A stretch of 64,000 nucleotides of DNA from Takakia lepidozioides (GCA_030704615.1 CM060731.1:72478001-72542000); one strand, 5' to 3'. Shown: positions 49,797-61,957, counted from the first letter of the stretch. Translations and numbers: made by a program. The notes: generated by a model from the sequence alone, not told the origin.

Positions 49797-52290
49797 GCTC
49801 AAACAGTGTGCGTTGACGCACACTGTTTCAGGTGCAAGGTAAGGGTTCATTAAACCGTAAGTGTTGAAAGAACACTGTTTGAGCTGCTAGATAAGTGTTT
49901 ATCAGTCCTCAGAGACATGCCCTATGTGGCCCATTCTCAAATGAAAAAGGCAATGATAAGGGTACCTCAAACAGTGTGCGCCAACGCACACTGTTTGAGC
50001 TGCCAGGATAGTGATGATTCAACCACTAATTCAAACCCTATGTGGCCAATTTTCAGATGACAAGTGCAATGACATGGCAGCTCAAACAGTGTGTGTTGAC
50101 GCACACTGTTTGAGCTGCCATGCAACTGATGATTGAACCTCCGAGACCTGCCCTGTATTGCCGAATTTCACAGGGGAAAAACAAAGACAAGGTCTGCTCA
50201 AACAGTGTGCGGCAACGCACACTGTTTGAGCTGCCAGATAAGTGTTCATCTGTCCTCAGAGACATGCCCTATGTGGCCCATTCTCAAATGAAAAAGCAAT
50301 GATAAGGGCACCTCAAACAGTGTGCGCCAACGCACACTGTTTGAGCTGCCAGGATAGTGATGATTCAACCACTAATTCAAACCCTATGTGGCCAATTTTC
50401 AGATGACAAGTGCAATGACATGGCAGCTCAAACAGTGTGCGTTGACGCACACTGTTTGAGCTGCATGCAACTGATGATTGAACCTCCGAGACCTGCCCTG
50501 TATTGCCGAATTTCACAGGGGAAAAACAAAGACAAGGTGTGCTCAAACAGTGTGCGGCAACGCACACTGTTTGAGCTGCCAGATAAGTGTTCATCTGTCC
50601 TCAGAGACATGCCCTATGTGGCCCATTCTCAAATGAAAAAGGCAATGATAAGGGTACCTCAAACAGTGTGCGCCAACGCACACTGATTGAGCTGCCAGGA
50701 TAGTGATGATTCAACCACTAATTCAAACCCTATGTGGCCAATTTTCAGATGACAAGTGCAATGACATGGCAGCTCAAACAGTGTGCGTTGACGCACACTG
50801 TTTGAGCTGCCATGCAACTGATGATTGAACCTCCGAGACCGGCCCTGTATTGCCGAATTTCACAGGGGAAAAACAAAGACAAGGTGTGCTCAAACAGTGT
50901 GCGGCAACGCACACGGTTTGAGCTGCCAGATAAGTATTCATCTGTCCTCAGAGACATGCCCTATGTGGCCCATTCTCAAATGAAAAAGGCAATGATAAGG
51001 GTACCTCAAACAGTGTGCGCCAACGCACACTGATTGAGCTGCCAGGATAGTGATGATTCAACCACTAATTCAAACCCTATGTGGCCAATTTTCAGATGAC
51101 AAGTGCAATGACAGGGCAGCTCAAACAGTGTGCGTTGACGCACACTGTTTGAGCTGCCATGCAACAGATGATTGAACCTCCGAGACCTGCCCTGTATTGC
51201 CGAATTTCACACGGGAAAAACAAAGACAAGGTGTGCTCAAACAGTGTGCGGCAACGCACACTGTTTGAGCTGCCAGATAAGTGTTCATCTGTCCTCAGAG
51301 ACATGCCCTATGTGGCCCATTCTCAAATGAAAAAAGCAATGATAAGGGTACCTCAAACAGTGTGCGCCAACGCACACTGTTTGAGCTGCCAGGATAGTGA
51401 TGATTCAACCACTAATTCAAACCCTATGTGGCCAATTTTCAGATGACAAGTGCAATGACATGGCAGCTCAAACAGTGTGCGTTGACGCACACTGTTTGAG
51501 CTGCCATGCAACTGATGATTGAACCTCCGAGACCTGCCCTGTATTGCCGAATTTCACAGGGGAAAAACAAAGACAAGGTGTGCTCAAACAGTGTGCGGCA
51601 ACGCACACTGTTTGAGCTGCCAGATAAGTGTTCATCTGTCCTCAGAGACATGCCCTATGTGGCCCATTCTCAAATGAAAAAAGCAATGATAAGGGCACCT
51701 CAAACAGTGTGCGCCAACGCACACTGTTTGAGCTGCCAGGATAGTGATGATTCAACCACTAATTCAAACCCTATGTGGCCAATTTTCAGATGACAAGTGC
51801 AATGACATGGCAGCTCAAACAGTGTGCGTTGATGCACACTGTTTGAGCTGGCATGCAACAGATGATTGAACCTCCGAGACCTGCCCTGTATTGCCGAATT
51901 TCACAGGGGAAAAACAAAGACAAGGTGTGCTCAAACAGTGTGCGGCAACGCACACTGTTTGAGCTGCCAGATAAGTGTTCATCTGTTCTCAGAGACATGC
52001 CCTATGTGGCCCATTCTCAAATGAAAAAAGCAATGATAAGGGTAGCTCAAACAGTGTGTGCCAACGCACACTGTTTGAGCTGCCAGGATAGTGATGATTC
52101 AACCACTAATTCAAACCCTATGTGGCCAATTTTCAGATGACAAGTGCAATGACATGGCAGCTCAAACAGTGTGCGTTGACGCACACTGTTTGAACTGCCA
52201 TGCAGCTGATGATTGAACCTCCGAGACCTGCCCTGTATTGCTGAATTTCACAGGGGAAAAACAAAGACAAGCTGTGCTCAAACAGTGCCC
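49797..52290. repeat. Array of about 21 palindromes CTCAAACAGTGTGCG-N4-CGCACACTGTTTGAG; 347-bp higher-order repeat of three monomers, nearly 7 copies
   Basis: Arms start at 49966, 50081, 50197, 50312 and so on (spacing 115-116 bp). Loops cycle CCAA / TTGA / GCAA. Higher-order copies are almost identical. Confidence 0.97.
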
Positions 52291-52406
52291 AATTTGGCCG
52301 TTTTGGCTACACTTTTTGAGCTTCTTGTTCGCGGTTGATGCAACCTGCAGAGATGCCGTGTGCAGTCTATTTTCTTATCGACATAGAATCTCAACTTGGG
52401 TTCACA

Positions 52407-52890
52407 TCAGCAATGAAGCACAAAGATGGGTTCCAAAGATTGATCCTTTTTTTGGGCTGCTCCAGAAGACTCCCCAATCGCCGGGGACCCTTTGCGCTTT
52501 GGACTGCTCTCCACGCCTCTCGTGTTCTGGAGCATCTCCCCCATCCTCTCTTCCACTATTAGGTTCTTCGTGAGGCCAGCGTCAACATCATCTTCGGCGT
52601 CTGCCTCTCCCTCGGATGCAGTGTCCTCCTCATCTGTTCTTGGAACTATGGCAGGCTGCTGGTCTTCCCCGGATTCCTGCTCTTCCATCACCGAACTTGT
52701 CTCTTTGCCCTCTTCTTCCGCCTTTTCCTCTTCGGCCACTCTTTCCATCCTCATTCTATATCTGGCTCTATTCCTGTTTCTAGAGCTCGTGAAGTACAAT
52801 GATTTCCTTCTCTTCCTCCTCCGCTGGAAACAAGGGCTCCCCACAATGCCTCTAGAGCTCTCCAGTTTGACGTTTGCAACAAGGGTTCCT
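52407..52890 (-). CDS. Basic then acidic low-complexity ORF; possible upstream exon of the ParB-MTase gene or a third element gene
   Basis: RRRKRRK NLS-like stretch followed by an E/D-rich region; a plausible AG acceptor at ~52891. Absent from copy A. Confidence 0.35.
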
Positions 52891-53718
52891 ATTGCATGTA
52901 ACCAAAATCAAAATAGGACATTGTCAACCGTATTTGGATGCGGGTGTTGTTATTGTGTGCGAACGGAATTCATCCATTTCGGCGTCTTTGTATTATTCAA
53001 GAAATAAAGTGCCAGAAAATATGTGCATACGTTGCATGTACTTGTGATATATGTCAGATGTACTTCGCCGCCTGCCAATATATGGCGGCCTTCTGGAATG
53101 GTTTCAAATTCGGAAGTGCCGCACAAATCTAATGCTAGTTCAATTTGGAGCAGTTCTTGCAGATTCCCCATAAATGTTGTGCTTCACATATGCATCCACA
53201 TGTTTCGTACTGCCTGCCCTGTGCTTTGCATTTTGCCGTCATCGTCGCCATGGGGTCATTCGGTATAAAGGGTTGTGTCGGAAATGATCTTGTGTTGCAC
53301 ACATCCGTGCGAGGTGACTCTTGGAGTGTCAGTGTTTGTGCTGTGCTCTTCTGGCACGGCACGACCTCATTACATTCGGGGTCTTCCTGTTTACTGCTCT
53401 CCAGGGTTTTTGCCGTCTTTCCATAAAGGATGGTTTCATGTCATGTTCAGGATTTGTTTTTCATCCAAAAACAGCACGGCTTCTTGTGGCCTTCTTTATT
53501 TGAAAACAGTTTTTCTAGTTGGTGTCTCTCAGCGTGGTTATCTCCGAAGTTCAGTGCATGTCATTCTTGCATCCTTCTGATGCATCGACCGCAGCCTTTG
53601 GGTTACTGCTACCCTTGTTGTCCTCAATTTTTTTGTGGTGGATCCCCTTTCCAGAATTGCGGGCTATCAAATCGGGGATTCCGTTGTGGATCGAAAGTTT
53701 TGGTCAGCGTAGGAAAAC

Positions 53719-56700
53719 ATGTCCAAGGACAGAGATAGACTAGCACGATTTCATTCCAATGCAGGTAGTCTTCCAATGACTGCCACTGCAGACGACGATG
53801 GGTTTGCAGTTGTTCATGAGGATGAGCTGGTTACAGTGTTCCCACTGGAATTGGGTTCTCTGCTTGTTCAAAAGGAGGTGTATGACGAGGATGGGAATTT
53901 GGATTCTGGACATTTGGAGAAACCATTGGTTGGCGAGTGTGGAAGGAAGTGGAGAGTCCTTCCAGGCACATACCGTGTCCTTGGAAAAGAGAGAAGACAA
54001 TCAGCAGGATCAGTCATTACCCCTGGAACTGCAGCATCGGTCGTGCAGCAGAAGGGCACAGTTCATGTGAAAAAAGTGGTGAGCACATCCACTACATTCG
54101 TGACTCTTTCAGACTCGTCCTCGGAGGATGTTTCTGAGATTCCTCCGCCAGTGCAGACTCCATTCTTGGATGAATCCGAATTGCAAGAGATAACGAGTGT
54201 CATTCCAAAATTGAAAGCCCTCGCAGGGGTGCCTGGGTGCAAGAGCGAGCTGCGTTTTGTTGATTGGGAGACCCTTCATGTGCAGCGGGTTCAATACGTG
54301 CCAGCAGAGTTTGATGGGGACATCTTGTTTGAGCTCAACCCTCCCACGTCTTCCAATGGACTGGCTGGGCTTCTGCAGGGCATGGACAAGAAACATGACG
54401 GACACCCTTGGTGCAGGACAAAAACGTCAAACATCCACAACGACATTGGATTGAAATTTCGAAGGTCGGTTTGCGTTGGGCATTGCAAGTGCCTGAATAT
54501 AACTTGCCCTCGCCTGAGAAACAACGCTCAACCAAACGAGAGTGAGTGGGAAGGTGTGCCATTGAATCCTTTCACCCCAGGACTTGCCCCTCCCAAGACC
54601 AATACTTTTGTGTGCAGGTTCTGCAAACTTTCCCCGTCCTGTGTTTCTGTGTATCACGCTCGTATGTACCAGGTGGCACACCGGTGCAAAACAATGAGTC
54701 CTGCCTGCATTCATATGGGTGCACATGAGCATCCTGTGTCCAAAGGAAGTTGCAGGGATAGCGTGGACATCGCTAGAAATCTGCTGAAGCAGGAGTTCCA
54801 CAATGCCCCTTCTGCAACACCTTCTGCTATAGCGCTTGCAGCTAGCAAGGCTTTCCTGGAAAAACACATATTGGGTGAAGGGGATTCGACACAGCCAATG
54901 CTGGATGCAGATTCGCTTGATGCAGTGATGGACCATTTCTCCGTGTTGAGCTCTCCCAATATTCGAAACCAGGTGAATGCACTTAGAGTCGGCACAGGCA
55001 ATGCTGGATTCATGGACAACATTATGGACCTCAAACGGAGAAGTCGCTATGAATTCATTCAAAACAGTATCTTCCCTGGCCAGGGCTCATCCAAGGTTTA
55101 TTTGTTCAAGATGTCCGCAGTGGGCGAAGGCAGTGGTGTTAGCATTGTCCGCCGAATGCAACCTGGAGGAGATTTGGCTAAATGTTGGTTGATGTTTGAT
55201 CACTGCAAACGGGTGAAGGGTTGGACAACCATGGCGTGCCATGTGTATGATCCAGCGTACCAACGTGTGCTCTCAATAGCAATTTGTGATATGCAGTCGG
55301 AGGACACTGAATCCCAGATGCTCATGTGGAATTCGCTCCTGGCCGTCATGCAGCGCAACGGAATACAGAAGACAAATTTTGCGGGCTTCATGGCTGATAG
55401 TGCACAGGCAAATTTCAATGCAGTGCGGCGCGTGTTTGGTTCGGGGGATCCTAAGGTCCCAATGGAAAATAGGGAGCGCACATGCCTCTTCCATTGGAGT
55501 CAATCTCTGGCACGTCATACAAAGCGCTGCATTCGCCCTGACCTTCAGTTGGAGCACAGAAGGCTCTGTCTCAAGTACAAAAATGCCAAATCAATGGGAG
55601 AAGCTGAGAGCACTTACCAAGCAATCCGGGCTTGGTGGTTCTCCTCTGGTGCTGCTACTGGTATCCACCTGAAGGAGTTGGAGGACTGGTTGGTTTTCTG
55701 GCACTTCAGATACAGACAGTGGGGAGCTTTCATGACGACGGTAAGCCTCTCGAATCCCAAAATCAGAAATTTTGCAACATGCCTCTTCATTTGGGGTTCT
55801 TGGATTGTCGCTTGAAGAACCTCTTCCATTTCCTTTCCTTCCTCACATTTCCATGCAATGCCTCGTGCAGGAAATGTCCTTGGAGGACTTGGCCGACATG
55901 CCATCCTGTAATTTGGCGGAGACTGTTCATAACGCCTGGATGCAGCAATCTACCAAAGCAGGTCGTGACTTGTATGTGGCCACTGCTGATGACATGGTGC
56001 GGGCACTCACACAACAAACCAGGTACCGCAATTTTCTGATGGGACGGGGTGGAGGCAAGGGCCCCGGTTCGACTTTGTTGATGCTAAGGGCTGCGAGTAG
56101 GTCTGGAGACCCATCCAAGATGGCCAAAGCTCTGAACAGGTGCACTGAAGGCTCCCCATTGCAATCCAGGCTCCCTCATTTGGAAGGCGAGGAAAGATTT
56201 GGATCATGCAAAAGGAAATTGAACACTCTTCCAGGTTCAGATGGAGATTCCCATCGCCCAGACAGGGTCAATTTCTCTGTGCCAAAGGTGTCTCCAGTGC
56301 AGACTAAGTCCTGTGCCGGCCCCTTCCCAGGTGGGTCCTCCTCCTGTGGAGCAGGTGCAGAACATGCAAGCACAGCAGCAGGAATCCCATGGAGGAGGTG
56401 GTGGCCATGGTGCAGGAATCTGATTGCATTGATAGTGAGTGGCATATAGAACGCACCCCACCAGGATCTAGAGTTGCTTGCATGGCAATTCGGACCCCCT
56501 CTTTCAAGAAATGCAAATCAAAAATATGCAAAGGCTCCAGGGGGACTCCAGCTCCAACATTCACAGGGTTGTTCCGACCTTATCATAGTGGGGAGTCAAA
56601 GGACCACAAGTTCTGGTTCTGCCCAGACGATATGGCACGATGCGTCAAGGGAACAATTTGTCCTTCGGTGATAATGAAACCCCCTCCCCCCGCAATTTGG

Positions 56701-57282
56701 CCTGTGAAACTTGGGACGTCGCTGTCAACAACCGAGATAAGCATGCTGGAGGAGGGAGGGTTTTGTCTTGCACGATCCCGAGTGGTGCCCTTGTGCACTG
56801 TCGGCACAGATGTGCCACAAGCTCCGGCAATGCCTCCACCCGGTGCCGACTCCCACCCAACAAAAAGAGATGGAAAAACAGTGCGCCGTGTCGCTTCGGG
56901 TGCAGATCACGAATGCAAGATGGAATCGGCTAGAATTTTGCAGGCTCGGGTGGCTCGTATCACCGAAGTCCCTGCCCCGGGGTATGGACGGATTTACACA
57001 GTGCTGTCTATTGGCTCAGTTCTTCATGGCAAAGAATATCAGGTTACCGTGGGGAATTTCCCTACTTGCACTTGTCCGGATTTTGTAACGATGCGTGAGG
57101 GCGCTCTCGGCATGAGAGGAAAGTGGGTCCCCTGCAAGCATCAATATTACATATACCTTGTAATTATGTGTTGCGACGGTAAGAGAGACCAATTCATTCA
57201 CCAAGCCACACTAAGCTACGGAGAAGTCATCACCCTTCTGCAGCGGGACACCTCACGTAGGGCTCAGCCAAATTCTCTTTGA
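53719..57282 (+). CDS. Mutator-like (MULE) transposase: WRKY/GCM-like DNA-binding domain, DDE core, Cys-rich domain, SWIM finger; exons 53719-55740 and 55871-57282; one 1-bp frameshift at ~56389
   Basis: DGHPW..C.G...C....C..HEHP (WRKY/GCM1-like), MFDH (D1), MADSAQA (D2), CLFHW, NLAETVHN (E) and CTCPDF..CKH. Donor gtaagc at 55741, acceptor cag at 55870. Copy A has CCCATTGGAG where B has CCCATGGAG. Confidence 0.9.
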
Positions 57283-59902
57283 ACACATACGAGCCATGCC
57301 CACTTCCCATACTGGTTTCAAGGTTGCCGTGTGAAGACTTTGCATTTAGGACAAACACATACATTTCGTTCACGGAACCAGGGCAAATGCACATGCCATT
57401 CATTGTAAGCGTCTATCCTGTGAATTGAAATAGAGTGTGTCAATCATTCTGAGCTCTATTCTGCCATATTTTCATATTACTCTCTTTGTGCAGGCATTGT
57501 AGACATGGTGCATGGTGGCCCCCTTTGTTTTGTCCACGGTAATAGGCCCTCTTCTTGCAATCCTCGCCTATAGGACCTGCTTCTCCAGCAAATTTGTGCC
57601 GCTCACGCTTCCTTGAAGCGTGAGCTCAGCTCACGCTTTGCAGCTACAACGTGAGCTCAGCTCCCAGGCTCACGGGGCTGGGCTCACGCCGTAGCTACGC
57701 TGCTAATCGAACGATTCCATGGACTTGTACGAGCATGATAGCATAGTACCATGCAATATTCACATAATATTTGGTGTGCTGACCCTTTCTGTACGTTTTC
57801 ATGTGTACGTTGCGGAAGACCGAGGGGCAGACCCATTGTGAACCGCTACAGACCTCATCACTCTTATGAAGTCTTCTCGTGCAGAACTGAGCGAAATTTG
57901 CATGCCTTGACCATCTTACATTGTGCATTCCAACAGTTCCCATTGTACACGTTGATGGTCTTCGACGAGTGGTTGAACGGCAAACCAGTTGTCTATATCC
58001 TATCCGCGAGGAATTGGACAAGAGACCTGGTTCCGTGGATGAGAGCCTTGCGCGATTCACTCCTCGTAGATTTGCCGAGCTGGCGACCCAATGCCTTCAT
58101 TGTGGACGATGCCGAAGCAGAAATCAACGTTATTCGGTAAGTCTGTTGGTCCACAGCACCGGTCCATTGTCGAGGTCCAATGCAGCAGTCCATTGCTACA
58201 GTCCACTGGCAGACTCATGTGGCGAAACCCGATGGCAGTTCGCTGGGCAAATCCACTGGTAGTCCGCTGTCAAGTCCGGTCATCAGTCCCCTGGCAAGTC
58301 CGCTGGCAGTCCCCGGCAAGTCCGCTCGGCGGTCCGCTGTCAAGTCCGCTGCCAAGTCCACTCAGCAGTCCCTGGGGTCGGCCGTCCGCTGCCAAGTCCA
58401 CTCGGCAGTCCCTGGCAAGTCCGCTTGGCAGTCCGCTCTGGCAGTCCAATGGGGCAGTCCGCTGATGCAATCCGCTGCCCCAATCCTAACTAGGGGAAGT
58501 CCAATGAGGAAATCCAATGGATAGTCCAATGGGGTTATTCTAGCACATCAACGTCATGGCATTGTACTGTCCACTAGGCGAGTCCAGTGGCTCTGCCCGC
58601 TGATACAGGTCGCTGTTACAGTCCACTCCGGCAGTCCACCATTGCAGTCCGATCCCAAGACTCTAATGTGTACCATGTGTGTTGTGCAGAATTGTTTTTG
58701 AATGAGTACTCATTTTCCTCTGCCTTTGGCATGTCCGCAAGGCATGGGTGAAGCAATCATGCAAGAAAACGAAAGATCCGGTGACCGCTGTAAACTTGTT
58801 GAAGGATATGGGAGACCTCATGTACTGTAGAGGGGGACCACGCAATGAGAAAAGAGCGCTTCGGTGGGTTGCAAGGAGAATCTGTCGTATGAGGTCAAAA
58901 TACCCGAAAGGACATGAATTTCTTGACTATATCGAACAGTACTGGAAGCCCAAAATAGCAATGTGGTGTACAGCAGCCCGCCATGTCCCTCATGCGAGCC
59001 AAGACACAAACGCAAGCATTGAGGCATACCATGGAAATCTAAAGGCAAGACTTGCCATGGGGAAAGGCAAGATGAGTGGTTGTAGAGTGGACTGGCTTAT
59101 ATGGGAACTCACTGGTCGTGTGCTAACACACTACTGGTACGCAATCCATTTGAAGACCCACGGGTTCATAAGAAATGACAAACACGAAAAGTACATATCC
59201 AATTCTATACTTGCAGCACGAGACATTCCTGCTGAGAGTGTTACTCTTCCCTTGGGTCTTGGTGAACCAGCCTACGTTCTCAGTAACAACCACCCCGGCA
59301 CAACATACATTGTTTACAATCCTGATTGCGATTGGGGTTGTTGCACGTGCCCATGGGCAATGAAGGGAAACTTATACAAGCATCAGGTCCGTGTCCTGAA
59401 GATGCTTCACCCTGACCTGCAGGATGGCCTCCTTGTGCGCGCTTGTGGCACGGCGTTGGGAACCATTCATCGAGGATTACCTAACTTGCTCTTGGGCAAT
59501 GGTGCCGGCGGCAACGACGAATCCAATCAGTTCATGGAAAGACATCCTCCGGACGACTTCCCCTACGACGAGGCACCTCTGGAGGTCTCAGCCTCAATGG
59601 AACAAGAATTCGCGGACATACTTCGCATTGTAGGTGATGACAAATACCTGGAGGCACATGCCCGATCTGCTCTTCATATGTGCAGAGGGCAGCTCGTTGA
59701 TATCCTGGCGAAAAGTGCGGCTGGAATGTTGCACCCTGCGGCAGCGAAGGCTTTCCGTCCTCTGAACGACAACAACAACATGTCTCTGAAAAGGAGACAA
59801 GATTTCGTGGAGGCCTGGAAAACCCGGCCTAGGGTTTTGCGGAGAACCAGCAAGAGGGTGTCTGCACCTGCACCTGCAGCACATATATTCTTGAATATTC
59901 GC

Positions 59903-60089
59903 AAGGTTTCAGGTCGTGTAGATGTCACGAAGAAGACAATATAAGTCTGCAATGCCTCGAAAAGAGACAAGGTTTCACATCGTGTAGGTGTTACGGAGAA
60001 GACAATATAAGTCTGCAATTCCTCGAAAAGAGACAAGGTTTCACGTCGTGTAGGTGTCACGAAGAAGACAATATAAGTCTGCAATTCCT
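59903..60089. repeat. 66-bp tandem repeat, about 3 copies
   Basis: Units start at 59903, 59969 and 60035 (AAGGTTTCA..GAAGACAATATAAGTCTGCAAT). Confidence 0.9.
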
Positions 60090-60708
60090 CTGGTAGCATT
60101 GTCCCTTTCTGAAATACAAGTCCGCAATGGACTAATGCACAATCTCCCAACGGACTCCTCCAGTCTCCCAACTGACTCCCACACAGTCTCCCAAGCATAG
60201 TCTCCCAACAGAGTCACAGTCAACAAACTGCGAGCGCCAGTAAGCCAGTCTGCTGGTCAGTCTGCTGCCCACTCCAAAAGTCTGCTCACCACACTTCAAC
60301 ATCATCCCTGCAACTCTTCCAGCAGACTGCTGGACAGACTAAGTCTCAAGCAGACTCATCCACAACAGCAGACTCAAAATGGACAGGCTCCAGTGGATTA
60401 CCTCCCTAACGACTCATGCCAATCCAACGTCCCAGCGGACTCATGGACATGGTGCCTACCAAACTAGGTACCAAACCCAACAGTCTTAGCCTTGGCAGCG
60501 TACTGCTCGTACATTCAAGCTCAGCAGACTCGAGTGCACAGTGCATGGAAAAATTGACACCACTGTGTCCATTGAGTTTAGTGACAACATTACAAAACAT
60601 GCCAGCACCCACAGTACACAAAAGTGCTCATCACCACTGGAATAGTAAGCGAAAAGACTCGCATTTTTTATTTCGGTACATAGACTTCACATGACAAGTA
60701 CATCATAC

Positions 60709-61560
60709 TCATGAGAGCAGTTTTTCTACATTGTCCAACCCCCGCACGATATACTGGGCACACTGCATTCGCTGCCCAAGTGCAAACTTGAAAGTAAACC
60801 AGTCCTTCGTGAAAGGTGTTCCTCTCTCTGGCTTTGCAGTCTTGGAGACATTTTCTCTGACTTTTATCCACTCATAAAACACTTGAATGAATGACATGAC
60901 ATAAAAGCCACACTCCCAGCTGAATGGTTGTTGGGGCACATCAGGCACATGGAACTGAAATGCTTGGACAATCTCATGCCACTCTGGTGAGTCCATTGAG
61001 TATCCTAAGCACTCAGCATGAAGCTTCCGAATCCACCCTAGAACAAAGGGACATTTTATGCGAGTCCCTGATAGAGTTCAGGTGAGTGTAACAGCCCTTG
61101 CGGAGGTCGATGATACAAACACTCCAGTGCCCCTTATAATGGTATCAAACAACATGGCGTCATTGCACAATCATGATGGGCAGACTCAGCAGACTGACAC
61201 TCAGCAGACCGACCACTCAGCAGACTCAGCACTCAGCAGACTCAATCTTCAAACCCAGTCCACTGCACAAATACAGAGGTCAACTTAATCGCTCAGAGTC
61301 AAGACGACACTGCGAAACCAGACTATGACTCAGGAGACAGTCTCAGCAGACTCGGAAGAGTTCTTACTCGTCCCCAATTGGCACCAAAATGAAATTGCAC
61401 TCTTTCAAGTCTTTGCCTAGTCGTTCAGTGTTGGGGCAACCTTTCAAGACCTCCAGAAGGCTGTTATGGGCAACTTCCGTGTTTCAGCTCAATTTCTTTT
61501 GCCAACTTTTTTAGAAGTTCACATTTGCATAAACATGTGTTGCAAGGCGAGTTGATCTAG
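60709..61560 (-). pseudogene. Ulp1-like (peptidase C48) gene fragment, probably the accessory gene of the host MULE
   Basis: KDLKECNFILVPIG (~61370-61415), GHWSVCIIDL..HLNSI (~61070-61133) and VPQQPFSWECGFYVM (~60900-60940). Stops, a frameshift, and D>N at the catalytic Asp. Confidence 0.75.
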
Positions 61561-61957
61561 GAGACAAGCAAGTGCAGGCTGCTTTCGACTCTTTTGCCAG
61601 AGGTGCAAGGGACCTTGTCCTGGCTTTACAAGGAGTTCGGGAGATTGTCCAGCAGACTAGCCACAAGAATGTCGAACAACATATTCCCCACGACACATGT
61701 GGGCAGACTGCCCAAGTGCTGGAGACCGAGCATGTGCACCAGACCGTCCCGGGTAATAGGCCGGATCACTCCCAGCAGACTGCCCCACTCACACATACTC
61801 AGTATGTGCAAACAGTACTGAGCAGGCAGCGAACTTTGCAGACTTTGCAGCAGACCGGAGAACAGACCGGCCAACAGACTGCCCCTCAGCCGACTGTGCA
61901 GCAGACCAGCGAACATGGCCACCAGACTGCCCCTCAGCAAACTGTACAGCAATAGTA

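Larger units (their letters stand above)
44977..57702. mobile_element. Copy B: full-length 12.7-kb Mutator-like transposon carrying a transposase, a ParB-MTase gene and a palindrome array
   Basis: 10-bp TSD CTATTCGAAC (44967-44976) / CTAATCGAAC (57703-57712). Imperfect ~43-bp TIRs align in register (GCTA..TGAGCCC.G...CGTGAGCCTG.GAGC). GTGAGC/GCTCAC subterminal repeats occur at both ends. The right end is confirmed by copy A. Confidence 0.92.
43783..59944 (+). pseudogene. Host MULE transposase of the AT4G13970/AT1G60560-like SWIM family; exons 43783-44102, 44228-44963, 57937-58136, 58690-59944; intron 2 contains element B
   Basis: IPWDRVGDFVLGE, YQCCYGPDD, KRGCQCCF, YAPHISEELK, IQTPWQ, CDATFGTN (D1), FIVDDAEAE (D2), CLWHVRKAW, TNASIEAYH (E) and SWIM-like CTC..GNLYKH. 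Premature stops at 44598 and 58703. Confidence 0.85.

Noticed and set aside
49797-52290. CRISPR array (palindromic repeats with regular spacers; also 11735-16255)
   Set aside because: Spacers are ~80 bp, homologous to each other and repeated in higher-order units rather than unique. There are no cas genes and the context is eukaryotic.
53719-53990. TDP-43 N-terminal-like (ubiquitin-like) domain at the transposase N-terminus
   Set aside because: Similarity is limited to a DDG..V..FP pattern, which is too weak by eye.
57600-57702. Helitron 3' hairpin
   Set aside because: No CTRR end and no Rep/helicase. The 10-bp TSD, matching left end and DDE transposase indicate a MULE.
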